Of a stretch of DNA of 64,000 nucleotides, positions 20,696 to 31,147 are shown in pieces. The notes under the pieces were generated by a model that was given only the letters and a program-made list of their open reading frames with translations, did no database searches and had not been told where the DNA came from. The DNA comes from Alphaproteobacteria bacterium (GTDB lineage: Bacteria; Pseudomonadota; Alphaproteobacteria; UBA2966). Positions within the stretch are counted from its first letter, which is position 1. Each line of letters begins with the position of its first letter. The stretch lies in contig OZ219858.1 of assembly GCA_964291395.2 (NCBI GenBank), positions 960,001-1,024,000 of the forward strand. The letters are read 5' to 3'. A program made the translations under genes and the position numbers.

Positions 20696-23146
20696 GTGAC
20701 CCTGCCGCTTACCTTGGCCGTCGCCCTCCTCTCCGGCGCCGTCATGGGCTACGAGATCCTGCTGATGCGGTTCTTCTCCATCGCCCAGTGGCACCATTTC
20801 GCCTACATGGTCATCGGGCTGGCGCTGCTCGGGTTCGGTGTCAGCGGGACGTTCCTGGTCTTCGCGCGGGAACGCCTGTCGGCGCGTTTCGTCCCGGCGT
20901 TCGCGACGTTCGCGGGCCTCTTCGGCGTTACCGTCGTCGGCGCGACTTCAACCGCCCAGCTCGTCCCCTTCAATGCGCTGGAAGTCGTGTGGGACCCTTG
21001 GCAATTCGCCTACCTCTTCGTCATCTATCTGCTGCTGGCCGGGCCGTTTTTCTGTGCGGCGACGAGCATCGGCCTCACCCTCTACGTACTCCGGTCCGGC
21101 ACCGCGCAGGTGTACCGCGCCGACCTCATGGGCGCGGGCCTCGGTGCCGCGGCGATCGTCGCGGTGATGTTCCTTCTGCCGATCGACCGATGCCTGGCGG
21201 CCCTGGGCGGGGTAGGACTGGTTGCGGCCGGATTGGCCCTCGCCTCGGAACGGCGGACGCGGAGACCCGCGGCCCTGTGCATCGTCGGAGCCGTAGCGGC
21301 CGTGGCCTTCCTGCCGGACGAGCCATTGATGCCCCGTCTCAATCCCTACAAGGCCCTGGGACAGGCGTTGACCGTGCCCGGCGCCGAGATCGTGTCGGAG
21401 GTGTCGGGTCCGCTGGGCCTGCTCACCGCCGTGCGGAACGACGAGGTGCCCCTTCGCCATGCGCCGGGCCTCAGCCTGAACGCGAACGCGGATATTCCCG
21501 AACAGCTCGCCGTCTACACGGACGGCGACGCCCCGACCGCGGTGACCCGCCACGACGGAGCCCTGTCGTCGTCGGCGTATCTCGACTGGCGGACGGCGGC
21601 GTTGCCCTACCACCTCGTGGCGGAGCCGCGTGTCCTCGTCCTCGGCACGGGCGGTGGTGACGAGGTTCTGATGGCCCTCCACCACCGGGCACGCTCCGTC
21701 GACGCCATCGAGCTCAATCCGCAGATGGCCCGTCTTGTCGGCCGGGACCACGCCGAATTCGGTGGACGGATCTTCGAACGGCCCCATGTCTCGCTTCACG
21801 TCGGCGAGGGGCGCAGCTTCGCCGCGACGACGGACGGGGCTTACGACCTCATCCAGATCTCGCTGCTCGATCCCTTCTCGGCGGCGGCCTCGGGCCTGCA
21901 CGCTCTCAACGAGAGCACGCTCTATACGGTGGAGGCGTTCGAGACCTTCCTCGGACGCCTGACGCCGGACGGCGTGCTGGCTGTCACCCGCTGGATGCGC
22001 CTGCCGCCGCGGGGCAGCCTCAAGCTCGCGGCCACGGCGCTCGCCGCTCTGGAACGGACCGGCGCGTCCCGCCCGCGGGACCACATCGCCGCCGTACGGG
22101 CCTGGAACGCCGTCACGCTGGTGGTCGCGAAGAGGCCGCTGACGCAGGACCGGATCTCGATGGCACGAACGTTCGCGAACGTCCGGTCCTTCGACCTCGC
22201 CTACCTTCCGGGGATCGCGGCCGACGAGACCAACCGCTTCAACGTGATCGGCACGCCCACGGTCTACCAGGGAATCGACGCCTTGGCGGGGAGCAGGGCC
22301 GCCGAGTTCGTCGAGTCCTACCCCTTCGACATCGCGCCCGCCACGGACGACCGCCCCTATTTCTTCCATTTCTTCAAGTGGCGCCTTCTGCCGGAGCTTC
22401 TGGAGATGCGTACGGCGGGCGGCATCCCGTTCATCGAATGGGGGTATGTCATTCTCCTGGCGACGCTCGTCCAGGCGCTGTTGGCGAGCGCCGCCCTGAT
22501 CCTGCTGCCGCTGACGGTGCTTCGAGGCGGCGCGCCCTCGGAATCCAAAGGCCTGTTCTGGTCGACGGCGGCTTGCTTCGGTGCCATCGGGCTCGCCTTC
22601 CTGTTCATCGAGATTTCGTTTATGCAACGCTTCGTGCTGCTGCTCGGCCACCCCCTGTACGCCGTCGTCGTGGTCCTCACGGGCTTTCTGCTGTTCGCTG
22701 GCCTGGGCAGCGGCTGGTCCGCCAAGCTGCGCCGTCGTACGCCCGAAAGAGCCGTTTCCTGGGCCGTCGCCGGGATCGTCGGGTTGGCGTTCCTCTATCT
22801 TGCCTTCCTGCCCGCCGTGTTCGAGGTCCTGAGACCGCTGCCGGAGGTGGCCAAGGTCGCCGTGTCCCTGGCGCTCATCGCGCCGCTCGCTTTCGCGATG
22901 GGGATGCCGTTCCCGCTCGCGCTCCACCGTCTGGGGGAGGCGTCTCCGGGGCTGGTGCCGTGGGCCTGGGGGATCAACGGCTGCGCCTCGGTCGTCAGCG
23001 CGGTGCTCGCCGTGCTGATCGCCATCGACTGGGGGTTCGATGCCGTCATTCTGGCCGCCTGCGGACTCTATGCCGGGGCGGCGATCGTGTACGGCGTGCG
23101 TCTGGGCAAGGCTCCACCGATCGTGAGCCGAGATTCCGGCACATGA
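20696..23146 (+). CDS. Polytopic membrane protein with a central spermidine-synthase-like class I SAM-binding domain
   Basis: Hydrophobic N- and C-terminal regions; VLVLGTGGG, IELNP, GEGRSF, YDLI, LYTVEAF, ATDDRPYFF, WAWGING. Confidence 0.85.
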   Translation: MTLPLTLAVALLSGAVMGYEILLMRFFSIAQWHHFAYMVIGLALLGFGVSGTFLVFARERLSARFVPAFATFAGLFGVTVVGATSTAQLVPFNALEVVWDPWQFAYLFVIYLLLAGPFFCAATSIGLTLYVLRSGTAQVYRADLMGAGLGAAAIVAVMFLLPIDRCLAALGGVGLVAAGLALASERRTRRPAALCIVGAVAAVAFLPDEPLMPRLNPYKALGQALTVPGAEIVSEVSGPLGLLTAVRNDEVPLRHAPGLSLNANADIPEQLAVYTDGDAPTAVTRHDGALSSSAYLDWRTAALPYHLVAEPRVLVLGTGGGDEVLMALHHRARSVDAIELNPQMARLVGRDHAEFGGRIFERPHVSLHVGEGRSFAATTDGAYDLIQISLLDPFSAAASGLHALNESTLYTVEAFETFLGRLTPDGVLAVTRWMRLPPRGSLKLAATALAALERTGASRPRDHIAAVRAWNAVTLVVAKRPLTQDRISMARTFANVRSFDLAYLPGIAADETNRFNVIGTPTVYQGIDALAGSRAAEFVESYPFDIAPATDDRPYFFHFFKWRLLPELLEMRTAGGIPFIEWGYVILLATLVQALLASAALILLPLTVLRGGAPSESKGLFWSTAACFGAIGLAFLFIEISFMQRFVLLLGHPLYAVVVVLTGFLLFAGLGSGWSAKLRRRTPERAVSWAVAGIVGLAFLYLAFLPAVFEVLRPLPEVAKVAVSLALIAPLAFAMGMPFPLALHRLGEASPGLVPWAWGINGCASVVSAVLAVLIAIDWGFDAVILAACGLYAGAAIVYGVRLGKAPPIVSRDSGT

Positions 23147-23871
23147 CGGTGGCCCCCGACTACCGGACCATCGCGTCGGCTCTGCTGGATGCCGGCCTGA
23201 CCCCGCGGGGCGGTTTCCATGCCGAGGAAGCCGACGACGTGCCGGCGATGGGTGACGGCATGCGGGCGGTTACGCTGATTCTCGCTGGGAATGTCGGCAG
23301 CAGCCTGTGGCAGGCCTTTTCCGGCGATCATCCGGCCGAGAGCGCCGACAACGAACTCTGCCCGACGCAGCTCGACGACTGGTCCCGGGAGGCCCTGACC
23401 CGGGTCGCCGACGCCCTGGGAGGACCGGCGCGATGCAGGCCTCTGTTTCCCTTCGAGGGACCGCCCTTCCTGCCCTTCATCCGCTGGGCGCAGCGGGCGG
23501 AGCCGGTGTTTCCCTCGCCCATCGGGCCGCTCATCCACCCGGAGTACGGCCTCTGGCATGCCTACCGCGGTGCGCTGGCGTTCCCGCAGGCGATTCAACT
23601 GCCGCCGTACCCGGATCGGAGGAACCCGTGCGAGACCTGCGAGGCAAAGCCTTGTCTCTCGGGCTGTCCGGTCGGCGCCCATGACGGGAGCGCCTTCGAC
23701 CTCGATCGATGCGTCGGCCACATCGCTTCCGATGACGGCGCGAATTGCATGGCCGAGGGCTGCCTCGCGCGCCGGGCCTGTCCCGTCGGGCGCAGCTATC
23801 GGTATGCGCCCGACCACGCACGGTTTCACATGGTCGCGTTTCGCAGGACCAATCGGAGGGTGCTGGGCTAG
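23143..23871 (+). CDS. 4Fe-4S ferredoxin-like protein with a QueG/CblC-like N-terminal region
   Basis: ATG at 23143 overlaps the upstream stop; LPFIRWA, LIHPEYGLWHAYRGAL, CETCEAKPCLSGCP, CLARRACP. Confidence 0.75.
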   Translation: MTVAPDYRTIASALLDAGLTPRGGFHAEEADDVPAMGDGMRAVTLILAGNVGSSLWQAFSGDHPAESADNELCPTQLDDWSREALTRVADALGGPARCRPLFPFEGPPFLPFIRWAQRAEPVFPSPIGPLIHPEYGLWHAYRGALAFPQAIQLPPYPDRRNPCETCEAKPCLSGCPVGAHDGSAFDLDRCVGHIASDDGANCMAEGCLARRACPVGRSYRYAPDHARFHMVAFRRTNRRVLG

Positions 23872-24638
23872 GACATGCCCATGCCGGTCTCACCGCCGTC
23901 GACGTAGATGACGGTGCCGGTCATGAAAGAGGCCTCGTCGGAGGCGAGGAAGAGGATGGCGTTGGCCACCTCCACGGGCGTCCCGGGGCGCTTCAGCATG
24001 GTGCCGTTCCCGAAATCCCGCCGGTATTCCTCGTGTGTCTTGCCCATGCCTTCCGCGCGCGCCTGGTGAAAGTCGGTGAAGATGGGTCCGGGCCCGATTG
24101 CCATGACCCGCACGTTGTCGGCGGCGTGATCGCGGGCCATGCTGCGGTTGAGGCCGAGGATGGCGGCCTTCGTCGTGTCGTATTGCACGCATTTGGAACC
24201 GGCGCGCAGCGAACGGACGGAGGCGATGTTCACCACCACACCGCCGCCCGTCTTCTTCATGGCGGTGATCCCCGCCTTGGCGCAGTATATGTAGCTTCTC
24301 AGGTTCACCCCGAGCACGTCGTCCCAGCTCTCTGCCGAGGCCTCGGTGACATCTTCGTAGTTTCGGATCGCGGCGTTGTTCACCAGCACGTCCAGGCGCC
24401 CGAAACGCGACACGGTTTCGTCGATAAAGCGTGTGCAGTCACTTTCCTTCGAAACGTCGCCGGCCATGAAGAACGCGTTGTCGGCGCCGAGCTCCTTTTC
24501 AAAGGCCGTTCCCTTCTCCGCGTTCAAGTCGCAGAAGCCGACCCGGCCTCCTTCCTCGAGGAAGCGGCGCACCGCGGCGGCGCCGATACCCCCGGCGCCG
24601 CCCGTGACGGCGACCGCCTTTCCGTCCATGCGTCCCAT
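23868..24638 (-). CDS. SDR-family oxidoreductase
   Basis: TGGAGGIG, NNAA, YDTTK, FLASDEASFMTG. Confidence 0.92.
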   Translation of the reverse strand: MGRMDGKAVAVTGGAGGIGAAAVRRFLEEGGRVGFCDLNAEKGTAFEKELGADNAFFMAGDVSKESDCTRFIDETVSRFGRLDVLVNNAAIRNYEDVTEASAESWDDVLGVNLRSYIYCAKAGITAMKKTGGGVVVNIASVRSLRAGSKCVQYDTTKAAILGLNRSMARDHAADNVRVMAIGPGPIFTDFHQARAEGMGKTHEEYRRDFGNGTMLKRPGTPVEVANAILFLASDEASFMTGTVIYVDGGETGMGMS

Positions 24639-24800
24639 AGTGCTTTCTCTTTCTGCCGAGGTTCGAGTGGTTCATGCGCCGACCTTCGCTGACGAGTCCG
24701 CCTGGGTGGAAGGACGCTGCGCGAGATTCATGATACGACGGCGGCGACGTGATATGCGAATGCATGTCTGATACCGACGCCCGAATGCCAGGCACGATTC

Positions 24801-25703
24801 ATGGCCGTTGAGATTCCTTACGTCCGCGACATGACCTTCGAGTACGGGAAGGCCGATCGGGTCTCCCCCATGATCCGCCGCGTCGTCGCGGAGAATCCGA
24901 GCGCCTTCACGTTTCACGGCACGGGGACCTATATCATCGGCCAAGGCGCCGTCGCCGTGATCGATCCGGGGCCCTTGCTCGACTCGCACGTCGATGCCCT
25001 GGAGCGGGCTCTGGGGCCGGAGCGCGTAACCCATATCGTCATCACCCACACCCATCGTGATCACTCCCCGGCGGCCCGGCCTCTGAAGGAGGCGACCGGC
25101 GCGCCGACATATGGATTCGGCCCCCACGGTTCCGGCCGCCCGGACGGCGGCGGGGAGGTCGAGGAAGGCGCTGACCGGAATTTCGTTCCGGATGTCCGCG
25201 TACGCGACGGCGACCGTATCGAAGGGAGCGGTTGGACGCTGGAAGCGGTGCATACGCCCGGCCACACGTCGAACCATCTGTGCTACGCGCTCCTTGAAGA
25301 GAACGCCCTGTTTCCGGGCGATCACGTCATGGGTTGGTCCACGACCGTCGTCTCGCCCCCCGATGGGGATATGCGGGCCTACATGCGGAGCCTCGAGCGC
25401 CTGCAGGCGCGCGGCGAAGAGGTGTTCTGGCCGACGCACGGGCCGCCCATTCCCGAACCGCAGGAATTCACCGCAGCGCTGCTCGCGCACCGCCGCGAGC
25501 GCGAGGACCAGATCACGGCGTGTCTGGCCGGCGGCAGGTCAACGATCCCGGAGATGGTCGAGACCATGTACGCCGACGTCGGCCGCCACTTGCACGCTGC
25601 GGCGGCCCGTTCCGTCCTCTCTCACCTGATCCACATGGTGGAAACCGGTCGCGTCTGCTGCGACGGTCCGCCCGGTCCGGACACGGTCTATCGGCTCGAG
25701 TGA
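24801..25703 (+). CDS. MBL-fold metallo-hydrolase (LACTB2-like)
   Basis: ENPSAFTFHGTGTY, THTHRDH, HTPGHTSNH, GDHVMGWST, PTHG. Confidence 0.92.
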   Translation: MAVEIPYVRDMTFEYGKADRVSPMIRRVVAENPSAFTFHGTGTYIIGQGAVAVIDPGPLLDSHVDALERALGPERVTHIVITHTHRDHSPAARPLKEATGAPTYGFGPHGSGRPDGGGEVEEGADRNFVPDVRVRDGDRIEGSGWTLEAVHTPGHTSNHLCYALLEENALFPGDHVMGWSTTVVSPPDGDMRAYMRSLERLQARGEEVFWPTHGPPIPEPQEFTAALLAHRREREDQITACLAGGRSTIPEMVETMYADVGRHLHAAAARSVLSHLIHMVETGRVCCDGPPGPDTVYRLE

Positions 25704-25796
25704 TACCAAGAAATCCGAAATCCCCTTGCCGGCGGGCTGTCGCGGGAATCGCCGGACCGGAAACCCCTGCAAGGACTCCTCGGCGGCCGGACCAGC

Positions 25797-27434
25797 CTAT
25801 TCCGCGGCGTCGACGGTGGGGAGCGCGTGGTCCCGGTAATCCTCCCGAAGTTGAGATTTGAGCAGCTTCCCCGTCGCGGTGTGGGGCAGTTCGGGAACGA
25901 AGACGACATCGTCGGGCAGCCACCACTTCGCGACCTTGTCGCTGAGGTATTCGACCATCGCGTTGCGATCGAGGCCGCTGCCCTTGGCCTTGACGATCAG
26001 CAGAAGCGGACGCTCATCCCATTTTGGGTGAGGCACCGCGATGACACAGGCCTCGACGACCTCGGGATGGCCCACGGCGATGTTCTCCAGGTCGATCGAA
26101 CTGATCCATTCGCCGCCGGACTTGATCACGTCCTTGGAGCGGTCGACGATCTGCATGAACCCGTCCGGATCCAACGTCGCGACGTCACCCGTCTTGAACC
26201 ACCCGTCGATGAAGCTCTCGCCGCCTTCGCCCTTGTAATAGCCGTCGCAGACCGTGCCGCCCCGGACCATGAGGTCGCCGAACGCTTCGCCGTCGCGGGG
26301 CAGTTCGTTGCCGTCGTCGTCGACGATCTTCATCTCCACGCCAAAGATGCCGCGGCCCTGCTTGGCCTGGATGTCGTAGCGCTGCTCGGCCGGAAGCTCC
26401 GCCATGCCCGGCTTGAAATTTCCGGTCGTTCCGATCGGGCTCATCTCGGTCATCCCCCAGGCGTGGATGACGCGGGTGTTGTGGTCTTCCTCGTACTCTT
26501 GCGTCAGCGCGCGCGGCATCGCCGATCCGCCCGAGACCAGACGCTCCAGGGTCGTCAGCGTACTCTTCGATCCGCGAAGGTATTGGGCCAACGCCAGCCA
26601 GACCGTCGGCACGCCCGCGGTGAACGTCACCTTCTCCGATTCCATCAACTCGTAGACGCTCTCCCCGTCGAGCTGACGCCCCGGCAGGACGAGTTTCGAA
26701 CCCGCCGCCGGGGCGCCGTAGACGAGGCCCCAGGCGTTCGCGTGGAACATGGGAACGACAGGCATGACGACGTCGACCGAGCGCAGGCCCAGGGTGTCGC
26801 TCATGCAGACCATCATGGTGTGCAGCACGGTCGAACGGTGGGTGTAGAGCACGCCCTTCGGGTTGCCCGTCGTCCCGGAGGTGTAGCACAGCGACGAGGC
26901 CGTCCGCTCGTCGAGCTCCGGCCATTCGTAGTCCGCACTCTCTGCCCCGACCAGCGTCTCGTAGCACATCGCATTGGGCAGCGAAGTGTCGGGCATGTGC
27001 GTTTCGTCCGTGAGAACGACGTATGCCTTCACGCTCGAAAGCGAGTCGGCCAGGCCCTCGACGAGTTCCACGAACGTGAGATCGAGGAAGAGATACGAAT
27101 CCCCGGCGTGGTTGGCGATGTAGGAAATCTGCTCGGAGAACAAACGCGGATTGATGGTGTGGCAGATGGCGCCGATGCCCGAGATCCCGTAATAGGCCTC
27201 GAAATGCCGGCAGGTGTTCCAGGCCAGCGTGCCGATCCGATCCCCCTTCCGGACGCCGAGACGGAGCAGCGCGTTGGCGAGCTTCTTGGCACGATCCCTG
27301 GCGTCACGGTAGGTGTACCGATGGATGGGTCCTTCGACCATGCGGCTTACGATCTCGCGCTCGCCGTGGTAGTCCGCCGCGAAATCCATGATGGTGGAGA
27401 TCAGCAACGGCCGGTCCATGATCAATCCGCGCAA
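25797..27434 (-). CDS. Fatty acid-CoA ligase (DmdB/AlkK-like)
   Basis: [51 protein letters not shown]. Confidence 0.9.
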   Translation of the reverse strand: MRGLIMDRPLLISTIMDFAADYHGEREIVSRMVEGPIHRYTYRDARDRAKKLANALLRLGVRKGDRIGTLAWNTCRHFEAYYGISGIGAICHTINPRLFSEQISYIANHAGDSYLFLDLTFVELVEGLADSLSSVKAYVVLTDETHMPDTSLPNAMCYETLVGAESADYEWPELDERTASSLCYTSGTTGNPKGVLYTHRSTVLHTMMVCMSDTLGLRSVDVVMPVVPMFHANAWGLVYGAPAAGSKLVLPGRQLDGESVYELMESEKVTFTAGVPTVWLALAQYLRGSKSTLTTLERLVSGGSAMPRALTQEYEEDHNTRVIHAWGMTEMSPIGTTGNFKPGMAELPAEQRYDIQAKQGRGIFGVEMKIVDDDGNELPRDGEAFGDLMVRGGTVCDGYYKGEGGESFIDGWFKTGDVATLDPDGFMQIVDRSKDVIKSGGEWISSIDLENIAVGHPEVVEACVIAVPHPKWDERPLLLIVKAKGSGLDRNAMVEYLSDKVAKWWLPDDVVFVPELPHTATGKLLKSQLREDYRDHALPTVDAAE

Positions 27435-27484
27435 CGACGACTTCCCTTCCTACGCTGGTGATTCCGCACGTCCCGCCGCATCGG

Positions 27485-28222
27485 CTAGACGTGCTGCCCT
27501 CCGTTCACGTGGATCTCCGCGCCGTTCACGTAGGCGGCGGGCTCGGAGCAGAGGAAATAGATGAGGGACGCCACCTCCTCCGGACGCCCCAGGCGGCCCA
27601 TGGGAATCTCTTCGGCCAGGGCCTGATACTCCGGACTGATCATGGCCGTCTCGATCTCGCCCGGGGAGATTGCATTGACACGCACGCCGTGGGGCCCGAA
27701 ATCCGCCGCCATCTCGCGGGTGAGCGCCGCAAGCGCCGCCTTCGACGTGGCGTATGCCGACCCGGCGAAGGGATGGACGCGTCCGCCGGCGATCGAGGTC
27801 ACGTTGATGACGCAGCCGCGGCCTTCCTTCAGCTCCTGGACCAGACTGCGGGCCAGCATGACCGGCGCGTAGAAGTTCACGTTGAAGACGGTCTGCCAGA
27901 GATCGATTCCTGTGTTCAGCGTATCCATCCGCTCGCCGTTGTCGCTCTTCGGCGAGATGGCCGCGTTGTTCACCAGCGCGTTCAACGGTGCGCCGTCGAG
28001 CCGTGACTTCATGTCCGCGATGGCGTCGTCCAGATTGTGGATGTCGGCCAGATCGATGACCACGTGGTCCTCCGGCCCCGCCTCCCACGGACAGTCCTCG
28101 GGGAAGGCGTGACGGGAGCAGGTGATCACCCGCCAGCCGGCGGCGCTGAATCGCTTGACGGTTGCGTGGCCGATGCCCCGGCTGGCCCCGGTGAGGATAA
28201 GCGTCCGTCGATCGTTCGCCAT
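27485..28222 (-). CDS. SDR-family oxidoreductase (FixR-like)
   Basis: LTGASRGIG, RVHPFAGSAYATSK, NGGQHV C-terminus. Confidence 0.9.
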   Translation of the reverse strand: MANDRRTLILTGASRGIGHATVKRFSAAGWRVITCSRHAFPEDCPWEAGPEDHVVIDLADIHNLDDAIADMKSRLDGAPLNALVNNAAISPKSDNGERMDTLNTGIDLWQTVFNVNFYAPVMLARSLVQELKEGRGCVINVTSIAGGRVHPFAGSAYATSKAALAALTREMAADFGPHGVRVNAISPGEIETAMISPEYQALAEEIPMGRLGRPEEVASLIYFLCSEPAAYVNGAEIHVNGGQHV

Positions 28223-28272
28223 ATCGGGGAAGTTTCAGTCCTTGAACCGGCGCCCATCGCCTCCGGGCGGCA

Positions 28273-29136
28273 TCAGTGCGCCATGAGCACGGGTACGGCG
28301 CTGCGGGTCAGGACGTCGCGCGTGACGCCGCCGAACACCAGGCGGCGCAATCGGCTTCGCGTGTAGGCTCCCATGACCAGCATGTCGGCTCCCGCAGCGC
28401 TCGTGGCGGCGAGCAGGCTCTCGCAGTCCGAGCCCTTTCGCTCCAGATCACGGCCTTCGGCCCTGACGCCGTGCCAAGCCAGATAGTTGGTCACGTCTTC
28501 CGTGCCCGGTCCGCTGTGATTCTCGGCATCGACCTCGAGCACGCTGACCCTGTCCGCCTTTTCCAGGAACGGCATGGCGTAGTTGATCGCCTTGCCTGCC
28601 TCCGGGCTCCCGTTCCAATAGATGGCGATAGAGGAGCCGAACTCGACGGGGTCGCTCGGCGGCAGAATCAGGACCGGACGCCCGGTGTCCAGCAGAGCCG
28701 CCTCGAGCGTCACGGAAAAGGTGACTTCTTCACCGCCGCCTTCAGGCCGCCGCGCGAAGATCAGGTCGGCCAATCGGCCGCGCGACGCCACGACGTCCTC
28801 CTCGCGCCCGGTCACGATCGTGAAATGCGCGGTTCCGGGGCCCGAATCCGGTTGATCGCTGATGGTCACGCCGTTCCTCTGGCAAGCGTCTTCGAACACC
28901 TTCTGGGCTTCCTGCCGGCGTTCGTCGGATTCGCGTTCGGCGACGGCCATGACGTCTCCGATCATGGCGCTGGTCATTCCCTCGCCCACGTAAGCCACGG
29001 AATCACGCGGGTCCATCGCGACATGGAGTGTCTCAAGGTGGGCGCCCCATTCGCGAGACAGCCTGATCACCGCATCCATCCACTGGCCGCGGCCGGGCAG
29101 GCCACTGAGCGGTACGAGTATGGTCTTGATAGCCAA
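28273..29136 (-). CDS. Universal stress protein (tandem UspA domains)
   Basis: IKTILVPL, TGRPVL, LVMGAYTRSRLRRLVFGGVT, VPVLMAH. Confidence 0.92.
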   Translation of the reverse strand: MAIKTILVPLSGLPGRGQWMDAVIRLSREWGAHLETLHVAMDPRDSVAYVGEGMTSAMIGDVMAVAERESDERRQEAQKVFEDACQRNGVTISDQPDSGPGTAHFTIVTGREEDVVASRGRLADLIFARRPEGGGEEVTFSVTLEAALLDTGRPVLILPPSDPVEFGSSIAIYWNGSPEAGKAINYAMPFLEKADRVSVLEVDAENHSGPGTEDVTNYLAWHGVRAEGRDLERKGSDCESLLAATSAAGADMLVMGAYTRSRLRRLVFGGVTRDVLTRSAVPVLMAH

Positions 29137-29225
29137 CTCACCCTCCCTTGGTTCCTCTCCCGCGCGAATCTAACACGGTGTGGATACCCGGCCAATCGAC
29201 AGTCTCGCGGTCGGCTGGAGTCGAC

Positions 29226-30194
29226 TCAGGCGAGGTGCGGCGGGATCTCTTCCACACCTTCCGGATCTTCGTGAATGATCACTTCGGCCTTGGGAAAGGC
29301 GTCGAGGATCCGTTCCTCGATTTCGTCGGAGATGCGGTGCGCCTCCAGCAACGTCATGCCGCCGTCCAATTCGAGGTGGAGCTGGATGAAGGTGTTGAGT
29401 CCGGAAGACCGCGTCCGCAGGTCGTGCATGCTCCGGACTTCCGGATGGGCGTGCACGATATCCTTGATGCGCTGCCGGTCCTCCTCGGGAAGTTCGTGAT
29501 CCATCAACATGTTGAAGGACGTCCGGAAGATCTCCCAGGCGCAGAAGGAGATGTATGCGGCCACGGCCATGGCGACCAGGGGGTCGACGAACCGCCAATC
29601 CAGCAGGATCGCGGCCAGCAGCCCGCCGATGATGCCGAGATTGACCAGCAGGTCGGCCTTGTAGTGGACGGAATCGGCGGATACCGCGATCGACCCGCTC
29701 TTGCGCACGACGTAGCGTTGATAGGTGACCAGCATCAGTGTCAGCACGACGGAAAACGCCATGACGGAAACGCCTATCATCCCGTTCTCGATCGGTTGTG
29801 GATGAAGCAGCCGGTTCGTCGCTTCGAACAGGAGAAACACCGCCGAGCCGCCGATGAACACCGCTTGCCCCAAACCCGCCAGCGGCTCGGCCTTTCCATG
29901 GCCGAACCGGTGCTCCGCGTCCGCCGGCGTCAGCGCGTGTCGAATGGCGAGCAGGTTGATGCCCGACGCCACGACATCGAGCAGGGAATCGACGAGCGAG
30001 CTCAGCATGGCGACCGAGCCGGTCATCAGCCACGCGAATGTCTTGGCGACGACGAGGAGGGAAGCCACCGAGACGGCAGCACGGCTGGCGCGGCGCATGA
30101 GGCGCGCGGACTCGGCGGGTCCCGCGCCCTCCGGCGCGTGTCGCGGCGCCGGCGGCACGGGATCGGCGCGATAGGTCGGCCGTTCCTCGGTCAC
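29226..30194 (-). CDS. fieF: Cation diffusion facilitator (FieF-like)
   Basis: SLVDSLLD, HRFGHGKAE, ADSVHYKAD, HDLRTR, IIHEDP. Confidence 0.9.
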   Translation of the reverse strand: MTEERPTYRADPVPPAPRHAPEGAGPAESARLMRRASRAAVSVASLLVVAKTFAWLMTGSVAMLSSLVDSLLDVVASGINLLAIRHALTPADAEHRFGHGKAEPLAGLGQAVFIGGSAVFLLFEATNRLLHPQPIENGMIGVSVMAFSVVLTLMLVTYQRYVVRKSGSIAVSADSVHYKADLLVNLGIIGGLLAAILLDWRFVDPLVAMAVAAYISFCAWEIFRTSFNMLMDHELPEEDRQRIKDIVHAHPEVRSMHDLRTRSSGLNTFIQLHLELDGGMTLLEAHRISDEIEERILDAFPKAEVIIHEDPEGVEEIPPHLA

Positions 30195-30811
30195 GGGTAG
30201 AGCCTCGTCAACTGCCAGCCCCCGTCCATCCGGTCGAACTGCAGGCGGTCGTGCAGCCGGAACGGTCGCTGGCTCCAGAATTCGACACGGACCGGTTTCA
30301 GCCGGTATCCCGACCAGAACTTTGGACGCGGGATGTCGCCGATGACGTACCTGGCGGCGTATTTCGCGACTTCGCGCTCGAGCTCGAAGCGCCGTTGCAG
30401 CGGTTGCGATTGGCGGGACGCCCAGGCCCCGATCTTGCTTTCGCGGTCCCGCGTGGCGAAGTAGGCATCGGCTTCACCTTCAGCGAGCACCTCGACCGTG
30501 CCTTCCACGCGGACCTGCCGGGTCAGGCTCTTCCAGTGAAAGCACATCGCCGCCCGGGGATTGGCCGCCAACTCCTCGCCCTTGCGGCTTTCGAGGTTGG
30601 TGTAGAACACGAACCCGTCGGCGCCGTATTCCTTGAGAAGCACCATGCGCAGGGAGGGCCTCCCGTCAGGCGTGGCGGTGGCCAGCGACGCGGCGTTGGG
30701 AAGCGACGGCTCGCTGCCCTCGGCGTCCTTCATCCACCGCGTGAACTTTTCCAGTGGATCCTCGGACGCAAGTTCCGGATCCTGCGGCTCCTTGAGGTCA
30801 GACGACGTCAC
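30191..30811 (-). CDS. pdxH: Pyridoxamine 5'-phosphate oxidase
   Basis: RMVLLK, FYTNLESRKG, RQVRVEG, GAWASRQS, WSGYR, RLHDR, RLYP; GTG at 30811 with GAGGG RBS. Confidence 0.96.
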   Translation of the reverse strand: MTSSDLKEPQDPELASEDPLEKFTRWMKDAEGSEPSLPNAASLATATPDGRPSLRMVLLKEYGADGFVFYTNLESRKGEELAANPRAAMCFHWKSLTRQVRVEGTVEVLAEGEADAYFATRDRESKIGAWASRQSQPLQRRFELEREVAKYAARYVIGDIPRPKFWSGYRLKPVRVEFWSQRPFRLHDRLQFDRMDGGWQLTRLYP

Positions 30812-31147
30812 TGTGCGCCCTCGGTCGTGGCCGACTGCAGCCCGAAGCACTGCCTCGGCGCACGGCGTCTGGAGAATCGATCACGGGTCAATTCTAGCGA
30901 GCGCCGCAACGGATTGTCGACACGACCCGGCCCGGGCTCGAAAAATGGCCCCGGCGCCCCCATATTGATGTTTGCGCGGCATTTGCCGGCGGCGCACGAA
31001 GGGGCCGCAGATCCGATAGCCGGCCTTAATTCGGCCTGAATGCTGGTATAGTGGGAATCGATCGGGAAGATCGAACAATTTCGGAAGGAAGGACGGGCCG
31101 TTGTTGCGGTCCGTGTCCATCGGGCGAAACGAGAGGCGTGCGACATC

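Noticed and set aside
25797-27434. DMSP demethylation pathway (dmdB, with a dmdC-like gene at the window end)
   Set aside because: Family-level similarity only; no dmdA or dmdD nearby, and general fatty-acid roles fit equally well
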